From TPA_inf: Saccharomyces (Eukaryota), in the NCBI GenBank assembly GCA_000146045.2, contig BK006938.2, forward strand, positions 96,001-160,000: a stretch of 64,000 bases of DNA, read 5' to 3'. The notes under the pieces were generated by a model. The model was not told the origin of the DNA. It did no database searches and was given only the letters and a program-made list of their open reading frames with translations. This document shows positions 34,485 to 46,096 of the stretch, piece after piece (positions within the stretch are counted from its first letter, which is position 1; every line of letters begins with the position of its first letter). The position numbers and the translations under genes were made by a program.

Positions 34485-34870
34485 TTCGATTGAATCGATG
34501 TGGTCTGGTTCTTTTAGTACAAAATGGAACGGATATAAGATAAATGAGAGTTGCTTAGAAGTCCAGTTTTATAGAAGACGAGGTCAGTTTCGTCTTGTTA
34601 AAATATCGTCCATCTGCCATGGGGAAAAGTGAAACTTTCGGGTAGGGTAATGAGGCCAGCCTTGCCTGGGAAAAAGTTAGGGGTCAGTTACTTTTAAGAG
34701 TTCATTGATCGAGAGCGCGTGGAAAAAATTCTAGAAAGAAAGCTATAAAATGTGCGGATGTTTGTATATGTCAAAGGTGTACGGGAGCGCATCAGAAAAG
34801 TACAGTCTAATTTTCGAACGCTCAGGAATACCTGTTATGTATATTTACATGAGATAGTGGACAATCTACA

Positions 34871-35833
34871 TTAAATTTTGTTTTTCTCTTGAGATTTCGA
34901 TTCTTGAAGGATGACTTTGTTCAAGTCGCTTTCTAGTTCATGAACCTCTAAGAAATCTAAGATCAACGGAAGGGTTTTCTTGTTAAGTAGTAATTCTGGT
35001 GCACCTTTTGATTCCTTTTGATTGCCCTGCGTACGGCTGCTGGTCCCACGTTTATATACTTCCGTATATCCCAACAGTTCCCTGAATTCTAAATTTTGTT
35101 TTGAACTTTCCAGTAGACTCTTCAAGTGCTTAGCACCAAGGTAAGCTTTGATATTAACATAAGCTCTATAAGATAGGTAGAACCCTGGAACATTTGGTAT
35201 AAGCGGTATTAAAATTAGAGGAATTGTCAGCGGGAGACCTAAAAGGCAATATAAAGTCCATTTTTTGTGATAAATTAAGCCTTCTTGGTAGAGCTTTTTC
35301 ATTTGTCTCAAGCACTCATCAGGGCTAGAAATTCCAGGGGGATAATACACGTGTAAGGGTTGAGTATCGACCTGTTCTGCCTTTACGGTATAATCTTTCA
35401 ATGTGAGTCGAATCTCTTGGGTCTTATCTTTCTCTCCCTTAATTCTCTTCAATATATAGCTTTCACTTGGTATGGTTAACAGACTATTTTCTGACCAGGG
35501 TGTGCTATTTAACAGAGACTGCACCATGGACACTATTTTTTTATTATACGATTTAGGGGACTTTTTCAGTTTTCTCCAAAGCTTTGCTGATTTCTCAACG
35601 ATCCACTTTTCTGCTTTTAATATTCTAGACTGACTATTAAAGAGATTATCGGTATGCTTATAGTAAATGAATGATTCTTTGTCCGTTATTGGTATCACAG
35701 TCACTTTAACAGGATCATGCAGATATTTTTGGAGTGAAGCCTTTTCAAGTTTTGTTGAATACGCCCTCATTCCGTAGAACAGTCGAGAAGTGGCAGTTAT
35801 ACTAGTTGGCGGTATAAATATTGAACGTATCAT
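34871..35833 (-). CDS. Mitochondrial inner-membrane protein, putative K+/H+ exchange factor, YDL183C
   Basis: The track ORF of 326 aa begins at GTG (complement of 35849-35851 is CAC). The first ATG (complement 35831-35833) gives 320 aa. N-terminal MTS-like sequence (MIRSIFIPPTSITATSRLFYGMRAYS). Confidence 0.75.
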   Translation of the reverse strand: MIRSIFIPPTSITATSRLFYGMRAYSTKLEKASLQKYLHDPVKVTVIPITDKESFIYYKHTDNLFNSQSRILKAEKWIVEKSAKLWRKLKKSPKSYNKKIVSMVQSLLNSTPWSENSLLTIPSESYILKRIKGEKDKTQEIRLTLKDYTVKAEQVDTQPLHVYYPPGISSPDECLRQMKKLYQEGLIYHKKWTLYCLLGLPLTIPLILIPLIPNVPGFYLSYRAYVNIKAYLGAKHLKSLLESSKQNLEFRELLGYTEVYKRGTSSRTQGNQKESKGAPELLLNKKTLPLILDFLEVHELESDLNKVILQESKSQEKNKI

Positions 35834-36862
35834 CTTTAATCTAAAATACACCGGATGAAGTTTTGGTATTGTGATAAAATGATTCTATCGATGAAGAGCA
35901 ATGATATGGATACTGCTACGTTGAAAAGGAAAAATTTCATGGCTAACTAGTAACTGAAACTGTGCCAGATAGCACACCCTTTAGATACTATCTTGGCACA
36001 ATGCCCGATGCTTACTCCCCGGCGGAGACAGCCGTCAAGTCCATCCATCCAAAAGTGGAGGAAAAACAAGAAAATAAAGCTATCGAACAAGGAGCGTTGA
36101 AGTAAGAAAAACAAACGAAGAACTGAATAAACACAGCCTGCTTCAAATTATGGAAGGAGCTGTTACACATGGTAATTTTCTTATTTTTTTTGATAGATGG
36201 TGGAAAGTGGTAGCGTGGAAGTTGCGGATTATCACGACGTTTTATGGGCTCTAAATCGGTATAAGCTCAACAAATGGTTGAGGGCCGAATAAACGAAAAA
36301 TTATTAGACCATAATTGCTACCAGCTGAAAGATTATCTCATTATAATACGCTTGAAACCCTCTAAAATGTCATTCGTAGTTAAGTACACTTTTTTGATCT
36401 CTCCAAGGTTAGCCGCCCATATAAAAAACTCTAGGAACCAAATTTGGTATACTGCGTGCGCTTGAGATTCAGTTTTTGTGTAAATCGGTTGCTGCAAACT
36501 ATTTATATTAATGTTACATCGATGCAAGATTTTAGCCATGTTCCTAGTTTCTTGTCTATGAGCGTTTACTCAACCGAGACTCTTGTTTGCTATTATCTCG
36601 ATTCGACGAACAAACAGTTCCCTGGGTATTCGAACAAAGCACAGTTGGTGATTTTGTTTGAAACTACAGACGTGCTCTCTTTTACAAAATAAATTGTAGG
36701 AAGTGATCCGCACAGGCAGAGGGAATTACAGATCACGCTCCTCTCTTATGACTAATGCACTCAGCATTTTCTCTTCCTTATAAACTCCGTCCACAGTACC
36801 CGATCAGCTGGCTCATCGTTATTCTAAATTAACTGATGACTGATGTTACGTCTGCGTCAAAT

Positions 36863-36871
36863 TCCGCCGGA
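36863..36871 (+). promoter_or_regulatory. Candidate Lys14 activator site upstream of LYS20
   Basis: TCCGCCGGA matches the Lys14 consensus TCCRNYGGA. It lies about 570 bp upstream of the LYS20 ATG. Confidence 0.35.
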
Positions 36872-37436
36872 ATATTGCGTAGTTTTAGTAAGAAAAAAAC
36901 AAATTCCGACGGGAACTCTCTGCAAGGAAGTTTAAGCGTGGGTTACTTTGCTAGGTTGAGAAAAAGAATTCTTTAGAGGATCACACGTAGTAAAAGAAAA
37001 AAAAGATCTCTTCGCGCCACTCCCGGTTTCTCTGTGGATACGGCGTTACTAGCGTTGCAAGTGGCAAAAAAATGAGTAATGTCACAATGGCCTGGCCTTG
37101 TCCCACTATCCCTTATTCATGGTTGAAAAATATGACCAAAATTGCTGGGGAATTTTCTCTTCGGTAGTGGACGACGACGACATTAGAGCAATAGGCAATA
37201 ATTTAATTTGCGCTTTAGGTTCTTGCTGACGATGATGCGTGAGTAATATTATTACCAAGTTTTAAGGGCCTCATCGCTGGCCATTTTTTACACCTGCTTA
37301 AATACCCGATGATGATATATATAAATGATATTGGCTGCTTATCGATAAAGTGTATTTGATATGTTCCCGTTTAGTTTATTCTTGTTTCTTATCTACATAA
37401 CAAACAAAGGAAGGACCCTGTATTGTTTTCCTAAAG

Positions 37437-38723
37437 ATGACTGCTGCTAAACCAAATCCATATGCTGCCAAACCGGGCGACTATCTTTCTAATGTAAATA
37501 ATTTCCAGTTAATCGATTCGACGCTGAGAGAAGGTGAACAATTTGCCAACGCATTCTTCGATACTGAAAAAAAGATCGAAATTGCTAGAGCCTTGGACGA
37601 TTTCGGTGTGGACTACATCGAGTTAACCTCACCAGTAGCATCTGAACAATCAAGAAAGGACTGTGAAGCTATATGTAAACTAGGTTTAAAGGCCAAGATC
37701 CTTACACACATTCGTTGTCATATGGATGACGCCAAAGTCGCCGTAGAGACTGGTGTCGACGGTGTCGATGTCGTTATCGGCACCTCCAAATTTTTAAGAC
37801 AATATTCCCACGGTAAGGATATGAACTACATCGCCAAGAGTGCTGTTGAAGTCATTGAATTTGTCAAATCCAAAGGTATTGAAATCAGATTTTCCTCTGA
37901 AGATTCCTTCAGAAGTGATCTCGTTGATCTTTTGAACATTTATAAAACCGTTGACAAGATCGGTGTAAATAGAGTCGGTATTGCCGACACAGTTGGATGT
38001 GCCAACCCAAGACAAGTATATGAACTGATCAGAACTTTGAAGAGTGTTGTTTCATGTGACATCGAATGCCATTTCCACAACGATACTGGTTGTGCCATTG
38101 CAAACGCCTACACTGCTTTGGAAGGTGGTGCCAGATTGATTGACGTCAGTGTACTGGGTATTGGTGAAAGAAACGGTATCACTCCTCTAGGTGGGCTCAT
38201 GGCAAGAATGATTGTTGCCGCACCAGACTATGTCAAGTCCAAATACAAGTTGCACAAGATCAGAGACATTGAAAACCTGGTCGCTGATGCTGTGGAAGTT
38301 AACATTCCATTCAACAACCCTATCACCGGGTTCTGTGCATTCACACATAAAGCAGGTATCCATGCCAAGGCCATTTTGGCTAACCCATCTACCTACGAAA
38401 TCTTGGACCCTCACGATTTCGGTATGAAGAGGTATATCCACTTCGCCAACAGACTAACTGGCTGGAACGCCATCAAAGCCAGAGTCGACCAGTTGAACTT
38501 GAACTTGACGGATGACCAAATCAAGGAAGTTACTGCTAAGATTAAGAAGCTGGGTGATGTCAGATCGCTGAATATCGATGATGTTGACTCTATCATCAAG
38601 AACTTCCACGCAGAGGTCAGCACTCCTCAAGTACTATCTGCAAAAAAGAACAAGAAGAATGACAGCGATGTACCGGAACTGGCCACCATCCCCGCCGCCA
38701 AGCGGACTAAGCCATCCGCCTAA
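37437..38723 (+). CDS. LYS20: Homocitrate synthase, first step of lysine biosynthesis, YDL182W
   Basis: 428 aa, ATG at 37437. HMGL-like / isopropylmalate-homocitrate synthase family fold with LREGEQ and HFHNDTG motifs. The 428-aa length distinguishes it from LYS21 (440 aa). Confidence 0.9.
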   Translation: MTAAKPNPYAAKPGDYLSNVNNFQLIDSTLREGEQFANAFFDTEKKIEIARALDDFGVDYIELTSPVASEQSRKDCEAICKLGLKAKILTHIRCHMDDAKVAVETGVDGVDVVIGTSKFLRQYSHGKDMNYIAKSAVEVIEFVKSKGIEIRFSSEDSFRSDLVDLLNIYKTVDKIGVNRVGIADTVGCANPRQVYELIRTLKSVVSCDIECHFHNDTGCAIANAYTALEGGARLIDVSVLGIGERNGITPLGGLMARMIVAAPDYVKSKYKLHKIRDIENLVADAVEVNIPFNNPITGFCAFTHKAGIHAKAILANPSTYEILDPHDFGMKRYIHFANRLTGWNAIKARVDQLNLNLTDDQIKEVTAKIKKLGDVRSLNIDDVDSIIKNFHAEVSTPQVLSAKKNKKNDSDVPELATIPAAKRTKPSA

Positions 38724-39178
38724 CGTTCCCAAACCATTACATTATGTTCTTTCACTTATTACATACGATATATAGCATCTACATCTACATATCTAAATGA
38801 TGTTTTTTCCCATCTACTTTGTCCGATACGCATTAAAAGAAGAAGATTTACTCTCCCGTGATGCCGGGCCAATCAGACGCGCGCATTCGCGGCAGAATAA
38901 GGGGAGGCTGCTGCGGGTACCAAATATCCAGATATTCACAATTATGCCAATCAACTGTCTAGTTGCTGACACCCATCGTTTTCCACTGCAACGAGGTTTT
39001 GGGGCTAGAAAAGGCGTTAACAATCGTTAGAGAAGGAGGGGTTCATAACTTGACTTGTTGTATCTTGTTTAAAACTTTCTTTGAATTTGTTCGTGGTTGA
39101 ATTTGTTTTTGCTATCCCAAAGGAGTGCATTTTACACGCATTACTACAGCACACTTTTATACAGTTCCACAATAGAAT

Positions 39179-39436
39179 ATGTTACCACGTTCAGCATTAG
39201 CACGCTCATTGCAATTACAGCGCGGTGTGGCCGCAAGGTTCTACTCTGAAGGTTCTACCGGCACCCCAAGAGGGTCAGGCTCAGAGGATTCGTTTGTTAA
39301 AAGGGAAAGGGCCACGGAAGACTTCTTCGTTAGGCAGCGTGAGAAGGAGCAACTACGCCATTTGAAAGAACAACTGGAAAAACAACGAAAGAAGATTGAT
39401 TCTTTGGAAAATAAAATTGACTCGATGACCAAATAA
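39179..39436 (+). CDS. INH1: Mitochondrial F1F0-ATPase inhibitor protein, YDL181W
   Basis: 85 aa, ATG at 39179. N-terminal presequence followed by a coiled-coil C-terminus (EKEQLRHLKEQLEKQRKKIDSLENKID). Confidence 0.9.
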   Translation: MLPRSALARSLQLQRGVAARFYSEGSTGTPRGSGSEDSFVKRERATEDFFVRQREKEQLRHLKEQLEKQRKKIDSLENKIDSMTK

Positions 39437-39895
39437 TCATGCGTTTCCGCAGAAGCTTTTTTTTTTTTTTTTTTAGAATATTCTTACTCTTTTATAGTCA
39501 AACAGCAGAAAAACTATATAATAATACATCACACTGAGCTTTTGCATTTTCGATAACTATCATTCTAGTTTTCCTCTGGTTTGAATTTTCCTCTTGTCTG
39601 TCTGACTAATGTCACTCATTATTTCCACTTCGCGCAAAGTTCGTCCCAATGCGGAAAGGCATAGAAAGATAGGAACAGTGTGGAACATGGAAAAGTTCCA
39701 AATAACGTCAATAGTCCATACTTAAGATACGAAATTTCAAAATTCCTTCTTTTTTGTTTCAACAAGCTTAGCCTAACACCAAGAATATACTTAGCATCTC
39801 TTCGCATTCAAAATTTCTCTTCCATTCTTTGACGTTTTAAATCATACCTCGTATTCTTTACACAAAAGAAAGATACCTGTGAAATATATCTGAAT

Positions 39896-41539
39896 ATGGT
39901 CCGATTAAATCATGCAGCATCATATTTTATGCCTATTTTCTGCTCCACAAGGCCTCACATAGTGATACTTTCTGCGCTGTTTAGTATTTCACTGTTTTCA
40001 CTATTCTATGCGTCGTCCGAATTACTGCTACACCAGTATGATGATCCATTGATGTTCAAACCAAATTCGCAGGACTATTTCAGGACCTTTCTTTTGGGGC
40101 TTTTTTCACCATTTCTTTATTATTTCCTGAAGACCTTTCTATTCAATATAAATCAAAGGTTTTTAATATTGAACCTGATAGTGGATTTTCCTATCAACGA
40201 CGTCTTTATGCTTTTGATACTGATTGGTTTAGCGTACCCTCAGGTGCAAGATCACGAAGGCGGTACGATCAAGCATAAGGAATGTTCTTGGCACATCATT
40301 CCAAGACAAGCCTATATCTTTGGTATATCATGGGCCCTGGGTGAATTCACCATATGCATAATAGGGAATTTGTTTAACTACCAAGAAATCGCCGATCCAA
40401 ACATTAATAGTGGCTTCACACACCAGGAAAGCGCCAACACTTACTGTAACAATAATGATATGAGCCATAACGATGACTGCGGTTGTAGTACAGAATATCG
40501 CCCCAACGTCGTAGACAGAAGTGATATTACGTTGTCCAAATGTATTGAAGTAAGAAATGACTCATCTTCCATATCGAATAACGTATACTCGTCTGAGTAC
40601 CATCCAATCAAACCTCTACGTTCATCGTCATCAACTTATGGCAGCATACGACAGCAACCTCATGAAAATAAGAAGCAGCTGCATGTACCAGATAATTCGC
40701 AGGACGATACAATTATCATGATGAACCCCATCGACAATTCATTAAAGTTGACAACTCTAGATACGGGTGATTTGAGTTTCCCCATAGACGAAGAACAGCC
40801 CATTTTGAAGAAATCTTTTGGTTATACATGGGCAGTTCCTAATGAAAATACACAAAATACTACTAAAAGCTTCACACCGATAAAGAGATTTATTGCATTT
40901 AGCACGGCATACCAGTTGGTCACCGGTTTATTGTTAATGATATTGGTAGTTGGTAGTAATATCATGTTGACAATTGGGGAATCATTGATTCTGTCGATGT
41001 ATTTCGTCTATGTTCGCGGCCATGAAGGATTATTTACTCCCGTGGTGAACTACTTCGGCTCAAGAACCATTTCAAATTTCATCTTATGCGTAATAATTCC
41101 TTTCATATCTCTAAACTTCCTCATCAACACTTCGATATATTTAAGAAGAGAGCTAGACGATTGGTTTAATAATTCACAGGGGGAGTTTGAGGACGACGAC
41201 GAAAATACTATCAGTAAGAGAGTAGCTACAAATCAAGAGTACCAACATCCACTGAGTGCTAATTACATTTCGATGGATAGTCCTGATGTAATAAATAGCA
41301 GCCCGGGTCACTTCGGGATGAATTCAGGCCAGTTGTTAGGTAATACGACGTTATATTATGGTAGTTTAAATGGGGATGATGATGATATGACCAACGACTC
41401 CGCTTTACTAAGATTCTGCAAGAAGCTAGTCAAAAATTGGAGGGCTTTGGCAAGAAATGATTCTTTTGTACTTGGAGTAATGGTTTCTTGGAGTCTTCTT
41501 GTTTTTGTAACGGGAATACTTTCAACAGTTTATATATAG
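39896..41539 (+). CDS. Uncharacterised multi-pass membrane protein, YDL180W
   Basis: 547 aa, ATG at 39896. Hydrophobic segments at both ends with a hydrophilic middle. No domain recognised. Position matches YDL180W. Confidence 0.7.
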   Translation: MVRLNHAASYFMPIFCSTRPHIVILSALFSISLFSLFYASSELLLHQYDDPLMFKPNSQDYFRTFLLGLFSPFLYYFLKTFLFNINQRFLILNLIVDFPINDVFMLLILIGLAYPQVQDHEGGTIKHKECSWHIIPRQAYIFGISWALGEFTICIIGNLFNYQEIADPNINSGFTHQESANTYCNNNDMSHNDDCGCSTEYRPNVVDRSDITLSKCIEVRNDSSSISNNVYSSEYHPIKPLRSSSSTYGSIRQQPHENKKQLHVPDNSQDDTIIMMNPIDNSLKLTTLDTGDLSFPIDEEQPILKKSFGYTWAVPNENTQNTTKSFTPIKRFIAFSTAYQLVTGLLLMILVVGSNIMLTIGESLILSMYFVYVRGHEGLFTPVVNYFGSRTISNFILCVIIPFISLNFLINTSIYLRRELDDWFNNSQGEFEDDDENTISKRVATNQEYQHPLSANYISMDSPDVINSSPGHFGMNSGQLLGNTTLYYGSLNGDDDDMTNDSALLRFCKKLVKNWRALARNDSFVLGVMVSWSLLVFVTGILSTVYI

Positions 41540-41792
41540 CATATAAGTAACGACCGTGCACATATTAGGGTGTTCATATCTTGAAAAATCTTTATGTTAT
41601 CCATTTTACTTTAGGGGAGGTGGAGCTTAATAATAAAATTTACATAAGAACAACAATCTGTAAGTAATTATAAAAATATATTAAAGGGACATTTTAACCC
41701 TACTTTAAAAGTTTAACTACATCAGTGGTTCATCAATCAAAGGTTATGCAAGGTAGAAATTTGTCCAAAAGAAAATAGATCATGCATCATTC

Positions 41793-41930
41793 AATATGGA
41801 GCTCACACTGTATGCTACAATTTGGCCTCCATTCATAACTGCCAAGATAAAATTTGTTGGCAATATGGAGCTCACACTGTATGCTACAATTTGGCCTCCA
41901 TTCATAACTGCCAAGATAAAATTTGTTGGC
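41793..41930. repeat. Perfect 2 x 69-bp direct tandem duplication in an intergenic spacer
   Basis: The unit AATATGGAGCTCACACTGTATGCTACAATTTGGCCTCCATTCATAACTGCCAAGATAAAATTTGTTGGC occupies 41793-41861 and repeats identically at 41862-41930, followed by 5 nt of a third copy. Confidence 0.9.
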
Positions 41931-42290
41931 AATATTGAAAATTCTTAAATTAGCGCTGCGCGGAAACCAGCGTCACTAATTTTTTTTTTTATTGCTGCAC
42001 TAAAAAAAAACCAGCTCAAGTAGATAATCTTACAAGGGACAAGTAGTCAAGCCTTGCTTATTATAATTCTGTTTAACGGTGCAGTGAGTTTGGACATTCA
42101 TGCAACGTGGTAAATATGTGTCTCTTTGCTTCTGTATTTAAGCATTTGGGCAGCTTGCGGTCAGTAGAAGAGTGCATCGACATTCATAGATCTCTAATAA
42201 CATATATTTAAGTGGATATACGCAAAGAAAGGACAAGAAAACTTGTTTCGGTAACAGCATTATTAATTCTGAAGAAATACGCACAAAGAG

Positions 42291-43205
42291 ATGATTTCTG
42301 ACTACGATGCTCTTTTGCAATTCAACAAAAAACCTGTTTCGCAAGAAATGATTCAGTTCTTAGCCACTTCTACTGCTTCCATAATTAAAATCAGGGAAAA
42401 TAATAATCCAATCCAAGGATGTCGCCCACCAGACTTATCTATCTTCATTAAAAACGTGGTAATTCAGTCAAATGTTCAAACACCAACTTTAATGGCCACA
42501 TCAGTTTATTTAAACAAACTGAAAAGCGTAATACCAAAAAATGTGTACGGTATTAACACCACAAGACATCGGATATTTCTCGGATGCTTGATATTAGCTG
42601 CCAAAACTCTGAACGATTCTTCTCCCTGGAACAAACACTGGACCACGTACACAGAAGGTTTACTCAGAATACGTGAGGTGAATACCATCGAACGAGAACT
42701 ATTAGAATATTTAAATTGGGATGTGAGGATAACTACACCGGATTTGATTGATTCTCTTTCTTACTTCCTCGGGCCTATCAAGGAACAACTATTTTTACAA
42801 AGGAGACAAGAAATGCTGTTGTTCAATGCACCAAGTCCCGGCCAACTGAAAGAATATATAAATCATAGAAGACCGGTTTCGCATTCTAGAACTTCTTCTG
42901 CTATATCGGTTCCTTCACTGACATCCATGGCAACAGTTTCGACAACAGACTCAAGGTCTTCTCTACTGGCAAAATACCAACCGTCCCTACCGTTGGTGGA
43001 ATCTGACAACTTCAACAAAAAAAATCATGTGCCGTTAAGGAATAATAACGATATCTGTAATAATTTCAGGGCAGAGGAAAACATACACTCAGTAAACCAT
43101 ATTGATGTAACAATGGGAAGTTCACCAGTAATGTCGCATAAGCCCACAATTCACCAACGGTTAAATTTTACAAGGAGGGGCTGGTCATCGTTTTTCAAGC
43201 AATAA
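42291..43205 (+). CDS. PCL9: Pho85-family cyclin, YDL179W
   Basis: 304 aa, ATG at 42291. Cyclin-box region (…RIFLGCLILAAKTLNDSSPWNKHW…). Position matches. Confidence 0.85.
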   Translation: MISDYDALLQFNKKPVSQEMIQFLATSTASIIKIRENNNPIQGCRPPDLSIFIKNVVIQSNVQTPTLMATSVYLNKLKSVIPKNVYGINTTRHRIFLGCLILAAKTLNDSSPWNKHWTTYTEGLLRIREVNTIERELLEYLNWDVRITTPDLIDSLSYFLGPIKEQLFLQRRQEMLLFNAPSPGQLKEYINHRRPVSHSRTSSAISVPSLTSMATVSTTDSRSSLLAKYQPSLPLVESDNFNKKNHVPLRNNNDICNNFRAEENIHSVNHIDVTMGSSPVMSHKPTIHQRLNFTRRGWSSFFKQ

Positions 43206-43521
43206 TTCTAAGTTACTCGCCTTTTACAAGCTCTATAAATATTCTTTTCCGTTCTTTAGTTGTCTTAACTTTGTACAATATGAATAACCATCGTTTCTAG
43301 GCTACTAAAAAAACACCATACTACATAAACAAATATCTAATAATGAATACTCTTGGCATTCGTCTTGTTTCTCGAGGAATATCGGCCGAGTTTTTTTCAT
43401 TTTGACAGGTTATATAATTCAAAATCTATCTGACTCTGAAAAAGTGGTAATAAATGCATTGACAACTTCTTCTCTTTATTTTACAGACATTAATCCAGCA
43501 CTACAAGTGGCATATAACAAG

Positions 43522-45114
43522 ATGCTAAGAAACATTTTGGTGAGAAGTACTGGCAGCAATTTCAAATTTGCTGGCAGATATATGAAATCATCAGCTCTTT
43601 TAGGATACTATAGAAGAGTTAACTATTATTCGACCAAGATACAAACCAGACTGACTAGCGAAAACTATCCAGACGTGCATCGAGACCCTAGATTCAAAAA
43701 ATTAACGTCCGATGATCTAAATTATTTTAAATCTATTTTATCGGAACAAGAAATATTAAGAGCCAGCGAATCAGAGGATCTTTCATTTTATAATGAAGAT
43801 TGGATGAGAAAGTACAAAGGACAGTCCAAGTTAGTATTGAGACCTAAGTCAGTGGAAAAAGTTTCTTTAATCTTAAATTATTGTAATGATGAAAAAATTG
43901 CCGTTGTCCCACAAGGCGGTAACACGGGGTTGGTAGGTGGTTCTGTGCCCATTTTTGATGAATTAATTCTATCTTTAGCAAATTTAAACAAAATAAGAGA
44001 TTTTGACCCTGTATCAGGTATCTTGAAGTGTGATGCTGGTGTAATCTTGGAAAATGCTAACAATTACGTAATGGAACAAAATTATATGTTTCCGTTGGAT
44101 CTGGGAGCTAAAGGTTCCTGCCATGTTGGTGGCGTGGTTGCAACCAACGCTGGAGGACTAAGGTTATTGCGTTATGGCTCACTACATGGAAGCGTTTTAG
44201 GCTTAGAGGTGGTAATGCCCAATGGTCAAATTGTTAATAGCATGCATTCCATGAGAAAAGACAACACCGGTTATGATCTGAAACAGCTGTTCATTGGCTC
44301 AGAAGGTACTATCGGTATCATCACTGGTGTTTCAATCTTGACTGTTCCTAAGCCAAAAGCGTTTAATGTATCTTACTTGTCTGTTGAAAGTTTTGAAGAC
44401 GTTCAAAAAGTCTTCGTCAGAGCCAGGCAAGAATTATCTGAGATTTTATCCGCTTTTGAATTTATGGATGCTAAATCTCAAGTATTGGCCAAGAGCCAAT
44501 TGAAGGATGCTGCCTTCCCTTTGGAGGATGAGCATCCATTTTATATTCTTATCGAAACGTCAGGGTCAAACAAAGATCACGATGATTCCAAACTTGAAAC
44601 ATTTTTAGAAAACGTCATGGAAGAGGGCATAGTAACGGATGGTGTAGTGGCACAAGATGAAACCGAACTCCAAAACTTGTGGAAGTGGAGAGAAATGATT
44701 CCAGAGGCAAGTCAAGCTAATGGTGGTGTTTACAAATACGATGTTTCTTTACCACTAAAGGACCTATATTCTTTGGTTGAAGCCACTAATGCAAGACTTT
44801 CTGAAGCTGAATTAGTGGGTGATTCGCCCAAACCAGTGGTGGGCGCCATTGGATACGGTCACGTGGGTGATGGTAATCTACACTTAAATGTTGCAGTTAG
44901 AGAGTACAACAAGAACATTGAAAAGACTTTGGAACCATTTGTCTACGAGTTTGTTTCCTCAAAACATGGTTCCGTTAGTGCCGAACATGGGCTAGGTTTC
45001 CAAAAGAAAAATTACATTGGCTATTCTAAGAGCCCGGAAGAGGTCAAGATGATGAAGGATTTGAAGGTTCATTATGATCCTAATGGAATTTTAAACCCTT
45101 ACAAATACATTTGA
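43522..45114 (+). CDS. DLD2: Mitochondrial FAD-dependent D-lactate / D-2-hydroxyglutarate dehydrogenase, YDL178W
   Basis: The track ORF of 570 aa starts at TTG (43402). The first ATG is at 43522, giving 530 aa with an MTS-like N-terminus ([32 protein letters not shown]). FAD-binding PCMH domain ([16 protein letters not shown]). Confidence 0.85.
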
Positions 45115-45208
45115 AAATAAAATGCCAAGTTTTATAGTTATCTACATATGTATATATTTATCAATATTATATTCTACAATTGTGTATATTATATGGTAAG
45201 GGTGATAT

Positions 45209-45721
45209 TTAAGGAAGAAATCCACCCTTCTTTAAGGTTTCCACTGCACATGTTGAAATGTGTCTGAATCTTGATGAGCCCAAAGGCGTGCCACCATACC
45301 ATCTGGTCACTATTACCAAGACGTTGAATATGTTTGCTCTTTCAAGTAAGGTCAATAAACGCTGTCCAGCACCAGCTTCGCCACAGTCAGCACATCCTTG
45401 CTCAATGTTCTTTGGCTGCACCGTTATGTTCCTTGACTTGTTAACATGACTATTATTACTCTTATTTGCTTTATTGCCCTTCTTTTTCTGCTCTTGTTGT
45501 AAGTGCAAATTATTTGATACCTCGGCCGTTCTCCAGGCATACATGTGCATGTGGGATGCCTTGGAGACGCTTTTGTTGTTTTGCGTTAGTTCTTGGAGTA
45601 TGGAGGGTATATCCTTTTGATTTTGTAATGGGCAACATCTTGCTTGAAATTTCGATTTTCTATCAACTAAAACTTCTGATTCATTCCATATTTTCACTAG
45701 CTTACCAACATTCTTACTCAT
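45209..45721 (-). CDS. IMPACT/YigZ-family (UPF0029) protein, YDL177C
   Basis: The track ORF starts at TTG. The first ATG (complement 45719-45721) gives 170 aa. Conserved IMPACT-family core. Confidence 0.7.
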   Translation of the reverse strand: MSKNVGKLVKIWNESEVLVDRKSKFQARCCPLQNQKDIPSILQELTQNNKSVSKASHMHMYAWRTAEVSNNLHLQQEQKKKGNKANKSNNSHVNKSRNITVQPKNIEQGCADCGEAGAGQRLLTLLERANIFNVLVIVTRWYGGTPLGSSRFRHISTCAVETLKKGGFLP

Positions 45722-46096
45722 TTCTCCAAAAAATAGTAATACCAAACATCAATACCTATCTAAGAATCTGTATAATGTCTTTTCTAAAGGTTTTTTACAG
45801 CTGATGATTGATGCATGACTTATTTCCACAGTGCCGTATTTTCTCAGTTGCCGTTTTGGGTCTGCTTTTCACAATGCGAAGCTTTGTTGAAAAGAGCTCT
45901 AAGGTCAAAAACAATAGTAAGCTGATCGGTATTAAGTACTTGCCTTCCTGAAAATTGCTAACAAACATCCAAATATACCTTCCCCATAGTTGAATGGCAT
46001 CTAATAGAACAAAACCAGGTTAAGATAGGTTTTACTTTGAGTTGTTAAATACACGCAGAAAGCGTCTTTCCACATAATCTGAACATTTTGTTATCG

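Noticed and set aside
34411-34632. 73-aa + strand ORF
   Set aside because: It is antisense to the real 25-codon RPL41A gene (34407-34484, minus strand), which explains the open frame.
41796-41948. 50-codon ATG-initiated ORF spanning the 69-bp tandem repeat as a real micropeptide gene
   Set aside because: It cannot be supported from sequence alone. I kept it as part of the tandem-repeat finding and not as a CDS feature.
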